Source: Geosiphon pyriformis uo1
Lineage: Eukaryota > Fungi > Glomeromycota
Reading direction: 5' to 3'
Length of the DNA stretch: 64,000 nucleotides
Assembly: GCA_016748015.1 (NCBI GenBank)
Contig: JAAOMT010000752.1
Location: 408,884-472,883, forward strand
In this document: positions 39,537 through 50,687 of the stretch, piece by piece
Position numbering within the stretch: position 1 is the stretch's first letter
Layout: each line of letters opens with the position of its first letter
The notes under the pieces: model-generated
Told to the model about the DNA's origin: nothing
What the model saw: the letters and a program-made list of their open reading frames with translations, nothing else
Database searches by the model: none
Translations under genes and position numbers: made by a program

Positions 39537-39660
39537 TGGAAACACCTCGCTTGCCAGATTTCAAATTACCAAGCTTTGGCCAATCAAAGTAATAAAACAC
39601 TATTATCTTAACTTGGTCTTCTTCATAAAAATAAAAACATACCTTGAAAAAATTGAAATT

Positions 39661-39942
39661 ATGACACCCAAATCAATAGTAAAAAAAATCTTTTTAGTCT
39701 TTTTAGTTCTTGCTTTGATTACTGAGGCGGCTAGGGCGTTTTATATATCAAAGAACAATGCGACGAAACGTGCCTGTGGCGTGCGACCTCAAGGATGTAC
39801 TCTCGGTGAAATACGGCGTTGTAAGCTAAACCAATGTGTTTTTGTACCAAGAATTAATCATAAATGTGAATATACATATTGTGAAATTAGAGATCAAAAT
39901 CCAAATGTTTGGCATAATATAGGAGACAATGGTCTTATTTAA
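39661..39942 (+). CDS. Small secreted cysteine-rich protein, paralogue 3 (93 aa, 6 Cys)
   Basis: ATG 39661; MTPKSIVKKIFLVFLVLALITEAARA|FYISKNNATKRACGVRPQGCTLGEIRRCKLNQCVFVPRINHKCEYTYCEIRDQ... Confidence 0.85.
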   Translation: MTPKSIVKKIFLVFLVLALITEAARAFYISKNNATKRACGVRPQGCTLGEIRRCKLNQCVFVPRINHKCEYTYCEIRDQNPNVWHNIGDNGLI

Positions 39943-41374
39943 ATTTGTATCTTGCATCTTGTAAGCTTTTTTGGATGCTATTATTTTTACTTGTCTTCTG
40001 ATTTTTAAACTTTATGATTAGTTGAAATTTTACTCTCGGTATATCTAGATTTTCAATACTGTAAATACTTTATTCAAAACTAATTTATATTTTAGCATAT
40101 ATAATAGGTTAGTTTTAAATAAGCTTTAAAGCTTATTTTCTGTTATATGAGAAATTCTATTGCGATAAGATTTTGGAGTTTCTGCATCTAGATAGTATTC
40201 CCAAGGAGAATTGATGATTTTTCTTTAATAAATCATAGCTAGTATATCAGTTTAATTTGATAATAAAAAGCATCTATTTTATTTAATTCAAGAACCAATT
40301 TTTTTTAATATCTTATTGTGATACAATTTATTTTCGCTTATTTAAAATTTCACAATATAATTTATGGCTTTATAATTTGGTAATTATTTAATGATTTCAT
40401 TGCATTCTTTTCCTCTAAGGGTATTCACTTTCTAAAAAAATGATATGTGAATTCTTTTGAGCGCTAATAAAAACGGGTCTTAAAAAAAAAAGTTGATATA
40501 AAATAAATATTGATCTTTGAATTTTTTTTTAAAATTGGATTTCATTTGAGAATTAAATAAATTAAAAATAAATCAAAAAATTCATTGATCAATAAGTTTT
40601 AAATTTATTTCACATATGATTTAAGGCTATCAAAAAGCAATAATAAAAATTTTTTTTGTGAACCAACTAATAAAATATATATATATATATATATATGTTA
40701 GCTTTTTTAATATTCCCGGATATTTTTTTTTGATAATATATTATATATTACCCTAATCGCTGGAGAATGCTTTTGGCCAGCAGACTTTTATCTAAATTGA
40801 TCTGAGGACTTTATTCTCAAAAGAATATAATGGAAATTTAAACAATAGCTGGTCTTCTGAGAAAAAAACGTGGTAAAAAACTATGACAGATACATTATAT
40901 CTAGATTTTTGAGGCTTTTTTTGATGAAATATCAAAAATTACTAAAAATAGATATCGAATGTTACATTCAAAATTTCCTATTTCTTAGTTTTTTTATAAA
41001 CTATATTTTATTTAAAAATAAATAGTCAACAGAAAATTAAAATTTTTTTGAACTTGAATTTTGAAGTGACTATGATAATTCTTTCATAGCTGGTCATTGT
41101 TTAACAATAACAAATATGCCAATTATGCTTAGCGCCAACGCATTGCATGCACCAATTATAAATTTTATTTTATTGGCGTTTTCGAAAATACAAAGAAAAT
41201 GATAACTTTGGGCTGAGTAAGGCGAATAACTTGAATTTGAAACACAACCCTTAACCTTGAACTAATGGTAAATTTTATTTAAAGAGGCTTTTCTTCGCAG
41301 AGTCTTTGCGATTTGCAGTCCTTGCCATTTTAGTATTCCTCAACTTTACTTACGTTCTTTCAGAATTTGAAATC

Positions 41375-42385
41375 ATGGAAGGTGGCATACCCCTCGGCTC
41401 CTCAATTTTTGATAATATTCAAATTTCATTCCCGCCTTCATTAGCTCTACAGGATTGTATAATACGAAAGGAAAATGGTGATTTTCCGTCAAAATCTCCT
41501 AATTGTTTTATCCTTTATCGTCGAGCTTTTCATAAGGAGCTTCAAAGACGAGGATTCAAACTTAAACAAAAATCGATATCCACGATGGTATCGAGGTCAT
41601 GGAAACGGCTGTCACCAGAAATTAAACAATCTTTTAAAGATTTAGCCAAACAAGCACATAATGAGTTAATTGTTATTCGCAGACGGCGGTTTGACAAAGA
41701 TGGGGAATTTTTTCCAGCAGAAATCATGAATGATGAACCTAAATTTTCAAATGACAAGGAAGATTTTATTGTTCCCAATAATTTTAATGAATTTCAATCA
41801 ATCGCCGAAAAAAATTTGTCAGAATCGACTAACAATTTTGACTCCAATAATATCAGAATTTGCCCGAGCCCAATTTCTTCTTATGATAATTATCTAAAGG
41901 AAATTCCTTGCGAGAATAAAAATGATTGCAATAAATGCCTAGGTTTACCATACTATAGTGATTTCTCAGGCGAGCCTAGTTGCAATTTTTTTGAAATAGG
42001 AAATTTTGATAGAAAAGGGGAACCTAGTGATTACTATAATTTTTTCATAGAAAATCCAAACGATGAACATAATCTGGAATCCTTGGATTACATATTTCCT
42101 GAAAATAATCTCCAATTTAACAATTGCCTAACATCACTGGATCCATTCTCACCAGTGAATTGCAACCAGGCTATTGCTTCCTATTTTCCAGTTTCATTAT
42201 CTTGTTATGGAAAAAATCTCTCGGATGAATATCAGGACTTTGAGTTTCAAACACCAACCAGATTACAAAACTATAAACCTCATTTGGAAGGGTATCAAAA
42301 TGAAAATCAAAATTGGATAAAACCCGATGGTGGGTCACCTTTGTGCTTTGTACCTGAATATTACAATGATAATCGTCTAGATTAA
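41375..42385 (+). CDS. MATA-type HMG-box transcription factor
   Basis: HMG box PSKSPNCFILYRRAFHKEL...ISTMVSRSWKRLSPEIKQSFKDLAKQA, preceded by an FPP motif typical of Glomeromycotina HMG proteins; acidic/Asn-rich tail. First ATG 41375; the TTG-started extension lies in a probable intron (41268-41363). Confidence 0.88.
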   Translation: MEGGIPLGSSIFDNIQISFPPSLALQDCIIRKENGDFPSKSPNCFILYRRAFHKELQRRGFKLKQKSISTMVSRSWKRLSPEIKQSFKDLAKQAHNELIVIRRRRFDKDGEFFPAEIMNDEPKFSNDKEDFIVPNNFNEFQSIAEKNLSESTNNFDSNNIRICPSPISSYDNYLKEIPCENKNDCNKCLGLPYYSDFSGEPSCNFFEIGNFDRKGEPSDYYNFFIENPNDEHNLESLDYIFPENNLQFNNCLTSLDPFSPVNCNQAIASYFPVSLSCYGKNLSDEYQDFEFQTPTRLQNYKPHLEGYQNENQNWIKPDGGSPLCFVPEYYNDNRLD

Positions 42386-43876
42386 ACTATATTTAAATAA
42401 CTTTATGACAAATAAGAAAAAATATTTTATATAGATTATTAATTTTTATGAACATAAGATGTATATTTCTTACTCATTGTTTCACCTATTTAAAAATTTT
42501 TCTTTTGAGTTATCTGTAGTATAGTATATTTTAAGATTTATCTTAAATAAGAGTAAGCACAATCATATGAAATTATGTAAAAAGCGCTTATCCAAATATT
42601 GAAACCACCTTTTTTTTTTTTTGACAGTTCAGCATTTTTGGGATTAAATACCCGGGTTGTGACGGCTGAAAGTTTAAATCATTCCTAATAATTCTATTTC
42701 TAGACTTTTGCGAATGTTTATTTTCCCAATTTGATTATAAGCATATTTATGTGCTATTCATGCATCTGCTCCATGCTATGTTGACAAAAAAGTAAACAGA
42801 ATTTTGAAGATATTAAGCCAGGCACGGTTCTATTACAAGAAAATTGGCGTTTTTGATTTTCATAAAGTGTCAAAAGTAGCTGCGTTTACCAAGATTAGAA
42901 ATCTAAGAATTATGCAAACTTGTGGCTAATATTTCAGCCATATTTTTATCCCAAGTTTCAGTTTTTGATTGTTGGGGATTTTACCGAAAACCATGATTAA
43001 AAAGAAATGAATAAAGCTAATTATTGTATTTCAAGGTCGATTTGAATTACTCGCTCTAACGAGTAAATAATTTTTCACTAGGAGATGTGAATTTATTTTT
43101 AAAAAAAAATTATATTTAAATGTAAAATTTTGTTGGATACTAATTATTTAATTGGGGTTCTCATTAGCTGCGTGAACATGAATTCTCTTTAAAACTTTAT
43201 GGATTAATGCATCGAAATCTCAATATATTGGGAAATGATCATTGTAGAATTCTTCTTTTGCAAGTAGTGAAACCTGTGGCTTTATATTAAACAAATTTTT
43301 TGACTTGTTCAATTCAAAATGATAACTCACAGATTAAATATAAAGAAATATTGAGGTTATATATTTTTTAGAATACTTAGATAAAAATTCCTTTTGCTAA
43401 GCTTAGAATAAAGGAATTTTTTTCAATACATGTTAATTCTATTAAACCATTTTTCGCTTTCCAAACTAAAAATATCGTATTCTCCGTATACGTAATTGGT
43501 CATGTTTTTTGGTTGTCAAATATTCGGAGTAAATTTTTAATAATGTTTTCATTTAATATCATTTTTCCCATTATTTTTAGCATCAATTACACAAAGATAT
43601 AATCAGACAGGTCACTTTACGTTTAACATAATCTAGGTAAAATAAATTAATATTAATAAATAAAAATAAAAGATTAAACAAGTTTTCTATTACAATCGAA
43701 AGTAACAAAGTGAGGCTTACTTTATCATAAAGATTTGATTAGAAAGATTTAACATAATCTATAGATGTCATAATTCCTCTAGGTAAAATAAATTAATCTT
43801 ACTAAATAAAAAACTCTGCAAATTTTTTATCTCAATTGAAATTAAAAAAGTTAGGCCTACTTTACGGTACAAAAGA

Positions 43877-44293
43877 ATGTCAGTAGTTGACCAAACGCGA
43901 CATCTTATCGCGCAAACTAATCAACAGGAAAACTACAAATTTTGCCCTAATTGGCAAGTGACTTGTATTTAAAATGGTTGAGATTTTAGTTGTTGATATT
44001 CAAACTCGAAGGGTTAAAAATCTTTTGCATGAATATTCATTTCCCTAAAAGTGACTGTGTACTTCGTCCAAAAGTATCAGATGTCGTCATGGTATCGCCT
44101 AATACTGGTCACAAATATAGGGCCTTGCACATGATCTGTAATACTTGTGGACACACACAAGAGGCTGATCCGCTTGATCATCGTGTTTCTCGTACAGAGT
44201 TCAGACCTTTTGGCAGGCGAGTTTAAATGACTTTGAGAACTGGGTAGTTTCCCGCCTTTGTAGCTATTCCATTTTATTGATAATTAAAAATAC

Positions 44294-44339
<46 letters not shown>

Positions 44340-44659
44340 TCAATAGTCAATTACAAGAGATCGTCTCTAGAGCGCTGATTCATGATCTCACAGTGCGTAG
44401 GCGTAAACCTGAAATATGTAAAAATTGTGATGAAATGACAATTGCTGTCGAATTACATACCCGCCATGCCGATAGTATGAAACTGTAAGTAAATCTTTGG
44501 TGTCTTCTTAATAATTACTCTCCAATCTATTTTAATTTTTTAATAATTTAATATAGCTGGCTTATGTGCACAAATTGTGAATTTGTTTGGGATTTCCAAG
44601 ACATTGTTCAGCCAGCGGAATCAATTGCTGAAATTCCCGATGAATTTAAGGAATTTTGA
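43877..44659 (+). CDS. Divergent RNA polymerase subunit Rpb9-like (Rpb9/Rpc11/Rpa12 family) double zinc-ribbon protein, ~160 aa
   Basis: Exons 43877-43953, 44052-44216, 44347-44484, 44557-44659 give ...KFCPNCDCVLRPK...ICNTCGHTQEAD...IHDLTVRR...ICKNC...HTRHADSMKLWLMCTNCEFVW. Four CxxC pairs at family spacing; total 483 nt, in frame. Confidence 0.8.
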
Positions 44660-45449
44660 ATCCCAAGCAAAGTAAACATATATTTTGGGATGCTGTGGGA
44701 AAGATAGATCCTGAAAGTTCAAAGAAATAATCTGGTAAAATGGGTGGATTCAGGAATATAAAATATAGAAAGACGTGCTGTCGTATTATTTTTTTACCAA
44801 GACAAGAAAAAATACAAAAATGCAGAAATTTTTGCTTAGTCTATGATATCTTAATTTTATCATTGAAAAAAAAAATTTTATTCCTGATTTTATCATCATT
44901 AATCATGTATGTTCTCAAAAAATGAGACTTTTACAACCAAATCAATACATTGACAATAAATTTTAAATATTTTTAATCGAAAAATTTATGATTACTCAGC
45001 AATTTTTTAGAGTTTTTCTTTGAAAAAACATTTTTTCTTTTAATTGATTATACCAATTGTTATTTCATAAGCCATACAATTAGTCAAGTGGTCAAATCCC
45101 AAAATCCAATTGATCAACTTTCTTCAAAACTAGAAATTAAAAATTATCTAAATTTTTAATTGTATAATAATTTTGTACTCTTTAATGGGCTAAATTTAGT
45201 CAAAATCAGCCCGCATATGCCAAGTTTCAGTTACTGTTACATGAATTTATCTTGTGAAATCCCAAAAATATCAAAAAGGGGTTTTTGGTTCCCCCAAACA
45301 TTCCATCATTCTACTTGATCAAAGCACTTGGAGTTTTTTAAAGAAATTAAAATTGATCCGTTCAATCGGAGAATTTCCACTTTTTATGATTATTTTAAGC
45401 GAAATATAGGGAGTTCAAAGTCAAATTTGAAACAATTTTTGTTCACAAT

Positions 45450-45506
<57 letters not shown>

Positions 45507-45608
45507 CAATATCAATATCAATATCAATATCATACCCATTCCAAATTTTTCAAGTTATTTTTCTTTTAATAGAAGCCCGCCTCAAGTTAAAAAAAATTCA
45601 TAATTTAT

Positions 45609-46029
45609 ATGGCCTCAGCAGATGACTATTTTCATGGCTTAAAACAACGTGCTAATAAAGGAGAGTCACTTTGGGAATGGATGATTGGGATCAGCTATAT
45701 GAGTGGGGTAGACACTAAACGAGATGTCCATAAAGGATTGTATTGGCTTAAAAAGTAAGTCTTCATTTTTTAATTCCCCAAACCGAACTTTTGAAAGATA
45801 CTTCCCAACTCTCAGAATATTTGGGCTTCAATGGAAAAGAGCAGCAGATAAAGATTATCCACGTGCTCATATTTCCCTTGGTCAATGTTATGGTCATGGT
45901 TGGGAAGCTATGAAAGATCTTCATCAGGCAATACGCTGTTTTAGAAAAGCTGCCAAGAGTAAACTTTGTTCCACCTCTGCAAAAGGGTGGTTAGAGCTGG
46001 TCTTGAGTGAAAAGCGCAAAATTCATTAA
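45609..46029 (+). CDS. Small Sel1-like repeat protein (~111 aa; may lack 5' exons)
   Basis: Exons 45609-45754 and 45840-46029 join as ...IGISYMSGVDTKRDVHKGLYWLKKAADKDYPRAHISLGQCYGHGWEAMKDLHQAIRCFRKAA (two SLR units). Confidence 0.75.
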
Positions 46030-47682
46030 TGAAATCTGTACCCCATGTAAGTCTGTGTATTTATATTATTGAAATATTGGTGGTAGGTCAGCGATTTTTA
46101 GCTTTTTTTTGAGCTTTTTAAAGTAATTTTTTTTTGTTCATTTAATATTTGTTTTGAAGTCACATAGCCACCAAAAAAAACACTAAAACCTTGGAATAAC
46201 CGAGCATCAGTCTCTCAGCCGATCAAGTTAAAATTTTGGCAATTCTATTGTAAATTGATTTGTAACCTGCATTTAAATTTATAGTATGTACTTTTTCAAT
46301 AATAGAGTCAGGATTTTACTCTGAAGGATTAATTCGATCAGATACAGAAATGAAAATTTTGTCCGCATAATTATTCGCAAAAACACATTGATTTTTTCAA
46401 AAAATTCATTTTCTCAACGAAAAGGTGCATTCCTTATAGACATTATATACTTGGGCTGTTTGAGAAGATATTCATTCGCAGGAGACTGAAACATAAACCT
46501 GGCTAGAAAATCTTTAATAAACAGAAAACAAAACATTATTTTTTTCAAAATTTCCCTTGCGGATCTTTATTCGAAATCAGGTATTCTCCTTTCTTTCAAT
46601 TGCTCTCAATAGTTTTTTTGTATTCTTCAAAAGGAATTTTTTTGACGCAAGAAATTAAATAAAAACCGAATTACCCTAAGCTTCTAAGTTCACTCCAAGG
46701 ATCAATTTTTTTTGTTACGCTTAACATTTATTTCTCATTAATTCACTATATGTAAGTGCTGTTTTTTATAAAAATCCAAATCCAAATCTATCTATTTTTT
46801 TTTCATTTCGAAAGATTTCTTTCGGACGGTACAATATTAATAATTATAGAAATAAATAGTAATAATAATAATAATAATAATAATGTGATTATGGGATTAT
46901 GGGATTTTCCGAGTAATTTTAAAATCTTGAACCATGGTAAGGAACCATTACAAAGATTTGTATGGAAATTTGTTTATCCTGCCTGTATGCGTTTCTTTGA
47001 CTATTATTCTGAATAGAGGCTTATTTTTGTGGTCTTATGTGCCTCAAGCAAGATATATTCCAAAAACTTTAACTGAAATTTTGAATAAAGAAAATTTGAC
47101 CTAAATGTAAGAATTTTGGACTTGGTAAAAAAATTTCAGATATTAAGACATAGCTCACAAACACAATCCTTTTTTTTTTTCTCATGACAGATTAATATAT
47201 TCTAACCCACTAATTTAATTTGGTCTCATGGTTTAAAAAAATCCACATATGAAAATTCCTTAACTTAAGACACATTTATTCCCAAACTTTTTTATCAATA
47301 AATCTGATTTTTTGAACGAAAACTCCCAATATCATAATCGATGAAATCAAGTTGGAGTTAAAAATTATTTTCCCAAAATGCTACAGCCAGGAAGTCAGAT
47401 ACTCATGCGAAAACGGGAGATATAAATTGAGAATTGTTCTGACAAGGCTAATCGTAAATATTTGTTATATAATCCATCTTCAAACATGAGCTTTCTAGCC
47501 TAAAGTAGAATCCACGATTACTAATTTTCAAATAAACAACAGGATCGAGAGCCTATTATTGGTAGTGTTTTGGGTGGCAAACAGGGGCATCTATTACTGT
47601 GTGTATCTCACAGTTTTGCATCCATTTTGCTCTCTATTTGTTTTCCTGAAGAAAAAAGCTTTGAAAATTTTTGAACTCAAAT

Positions 47683-48644
47683 ATGCCTACAAAACCGTTA
47701 ACAGACTCGGACTCAGAAATCGATTATAAAAAATTTCCAGGCAAAACACATCAACAAGGCACCAAATCCGTCATTATGGAAAAATTTATTCAGAAAAAAC
47801 CAGTAAACAAACTTTGGGGTAGAGCATTAAAACAAAAAAATATGCATTATGAAGCTGTAGGTTTGATATCTATTATCTCTGTTTACTGTCGCTAAAAGCT
47901 TGATATAATTAGATTTATATACTCTTGTCGTTTTAGATGATCAAAGCAGCAGCAGAAATTTCAGAGGGTTTTGGCAAATACAAAACTGCGATAGCTGATA
48001 TTAATGGAACTACTTCAAATATGGATATAACTAGATGGAGGGAAATAAATCATTTCATCCACAGTCAATCATTGATTGAGCTGGACTCCCAAAACAGAGC
48101 GAACAAAAGTAAATCTTCGTCTGAAACGTGTTTGTCGTATAAGGATCTTACCTATGAAGTTTGTTCAATCGGTGAGAGATCAGATACTGAATTCGCTGGA
48201 ACTGATAGCAAAGCACAAAATGAAGTCAAAAAAGAATTACCAAACCTGTCCCAAGTCGAACCATATGAAAAAATTTCCAGTAACAGCCATGCATCACCCA
48301 TCTCTTTTGAATCGAGAAATGAAACCGAAATTATTAAAGAAAATATCTTGAGTAAAAAGACTGAATCCTCATCTACTCAAAAAACCGAATGGTCGAAAGC
48401 AGAACGAACCGAACTCAACGATATGTTCATTGCTTATTTTGAACGCCGTCGGGGATTAGAAAAATGTAATGCTAGAATAGTGGCTGAAGAGGTTCTGGAT
48501 ATATGCCCGAAACATCCGGGGATAAATTTAGATGAGCAGGTAAATTTATACTTGCGAAATATGCGGCTACCGTTTCGGTCTATCGTTTTAAATGCGATTC
48601 AGCGATGGATAGGAGAAGAGATAAAGATCCGAGGAATATTATAG
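47683..48644 (+). CDS. Hypothetical protein (~293 aa)
   Basis: Exons 47683-47856 and 47937-48644 joined by a phase-0 GTAGGT...TTTTAG intron; coding-like GC and CpG content; no recognisable domain. Confidence 0.7.
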
Positions 48645-50553
48645 AAACAGCATTAATTATTATTAGGTATTCATGAATCCAGTGATTTTTGATTTGGAGT
48701 AAATTTTAATGATCAAATCATTCAGCAGTCGCTTACAATTTGCTTGGCACTTTCTTTTATAAGATTTTTCAGGTTTTATTATCCTCCATAAATGTGGATT
48801 CGAATTTTAATTTCATGTGGTTGCTCTTGAGAAAATAAGTGAATTTGATGGAACGGTATTCGGAAATTTCTTGTACATTTTTTTCGCTGAGATTTTTTGC
48901 CACCATGAACCGCTATAGGAGGTATTAAATTACCCTCGGATGCCAAAAACAAAGATTAAAGGGAATTTTAAAAGTCTTTTGCTATTTAATAAGACTATTT
49001 TGGGCAGACGTGGATCAAAGTCCTTGTAAATTACATTTCAGCTTCTTTCTATTTGAAATTTGGATTCAGCTTTCCTTATCAAATATCATTTTTTCAAGGA
49101 ATGTCAAAAAGGTTCGAAGAATTTGATTGAAACTCTCAAAATATATTTTCGCAAATGGCTATGTGTATGACACAATATCCAAACCTCAAGTCTGAATCTT
49201 GGAAATTTGTGAATCAATTTTCTTTTTATGTACAATATCACAATTTCTTCGGACAGCACCGCCTCCGAGAATTCTTTTTCGTGCCTGGAGTCCATTAATT
49301 ATTGATTTCACAAACATTGTAAATAATCTCATAATCTTATTGACGAATGATTAGTCGAATTTTTTGATTTTTGTATGGCAAGATAATAGTACCAATACTA
49401 TTTTAATATTTTCATTCTAATTCGTAAGGACTAGCGAAAAAAAGCTGTTTTTAAAAGATTTTTTTGATAAATATACTTGAGAAAGAATTTTTTTCTAAAC
49501 TTAAATTAAAATAAAAACTTGAAAGTTTGAAAGATATCGATATAAAAGTAACTAACAAGCTTTTGTTGATTTCCTTCAGTTAAAGAGCATAAACTTGAAA
49601 ATGTTAAAACATTAGGGCTCAAGTAAAATATTTATGCTGATGTAAAGATATAATTTTTGTAACTACATTTTGATATATTTAGTTCTATCGCTAGATATTC
49701 CTGAGAAGAATAGCTTGTTAGATTAATTTCAAAACTAGTTTAAACCATGATTCTTTCAGGGAGATTAGAATGACCGCTAGAGAACTTTAGGTGAAAGATC
49801 TAAAGAAACAGTATTTGCTATATTATAGTGTCAAATTTTTTTTTAAAATAATTGCTTGGGATGAAAAACCTTTTAGATTTAGGTTCTCACTTGAAAGCTG
49901 TTGATGAACCACGAGGATATCAATATTAATTATTTCCAGCTTTTGTTTTCACTCTAATTTTAAATTGGCTCTCAGCCTTTTGAAGATGATACATTAAGAT
50001 TTTTTCAGATAAGGTAATTTTTCAACATTTGCAAAAAATAGTGTTTATCACGAATTGCACAAAATAAGTTTTTAACATAATCCCATAAACTTTGAATATT
50101 AAAGGGTAATTTTTTCACTTACTCAAATATTGAGTGATTCCAATTTGATATAAAGGTACATTTGTAGATTTATATCAGGTATATTGACTCGCAATTTTCA
50201 GGCTTTATTTTTTAGCGAAGACATCATCATCATTTTTCACAATCTTGAATTGAAAGTTTAATTGATTTCTTTATATAAAATGAGGCCAAGAAAATAAGGA
50301 ATCACAAATCAAATTTGAATTTTTTTTGGCAAATTTAGTTGAGTAATAAGTTGCTTTCCCATTGTATACCCACACGAAACGATATTTTTAATATTGATGA
50401 TAAGTAAGTATTGAAATTAAAAATAAGATATTTATTCATTATTTTTTATATTTACTATTCTGTTTTCAATTAGATCATTCGAAAATCGAGAATTTGCTAA
50501 ACGTTCTTTTTATTTGCTGATAACAACGCTATATATTTTATGTATACACCTAG

Positions 50554-50687
50554 CAACCTCAGACGGTTCAAGAGTGGCTTTTTATGGTGGTTACACTTGT
50601 GCCAACCACTCATCATCAGCAACCCTCTGCCGCACGCTCAGAGGATGTGGGCATTTAAAAGCAGATAACAACATTCATCATTGGTTG
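50554..50687 (-). ncRNA. Candidate box C/D snoRNA
   Basis: Minus strand: CAACC-A-ATGATGA (box C, 50681-50675), CTGA (D', 50641-50638), ATGATGA (C', 50616-50610), T-CTGA (box D, 50562-50559), GGTTG. Terminal stem and k-turn geometry are canonical; GC island in AT-rich DNA. Confidence 0.7.

Noticed and set aside
38217-39942. Secreted peptides as defensins or CLE-like mimics
   Set aside because: No CxxxC/CxC spacing and no C-terminal CLE dodecapeptide.
41306-41374. Apparent signal peptide on the HMG-box protein
   Set aside because: Depends on a TTG start and lies in a pyrimidine-rich probable intron ending TTTCAG at 41363.
41375-42385. HMG gene as a mating-type locus
   Set aside because: MATA-HMG genes are highly expanded in this lineage, and no sex-locus neighbours (TPT transporter, RNA helicase, homeodomain pair) are present.
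45328-45603. ORF with poly-Asn/poly-Ile (also 46756-47016)
   Set aside because: Open only because of (AAT)n/(ATT)n microsatellites; non-ATG starts.
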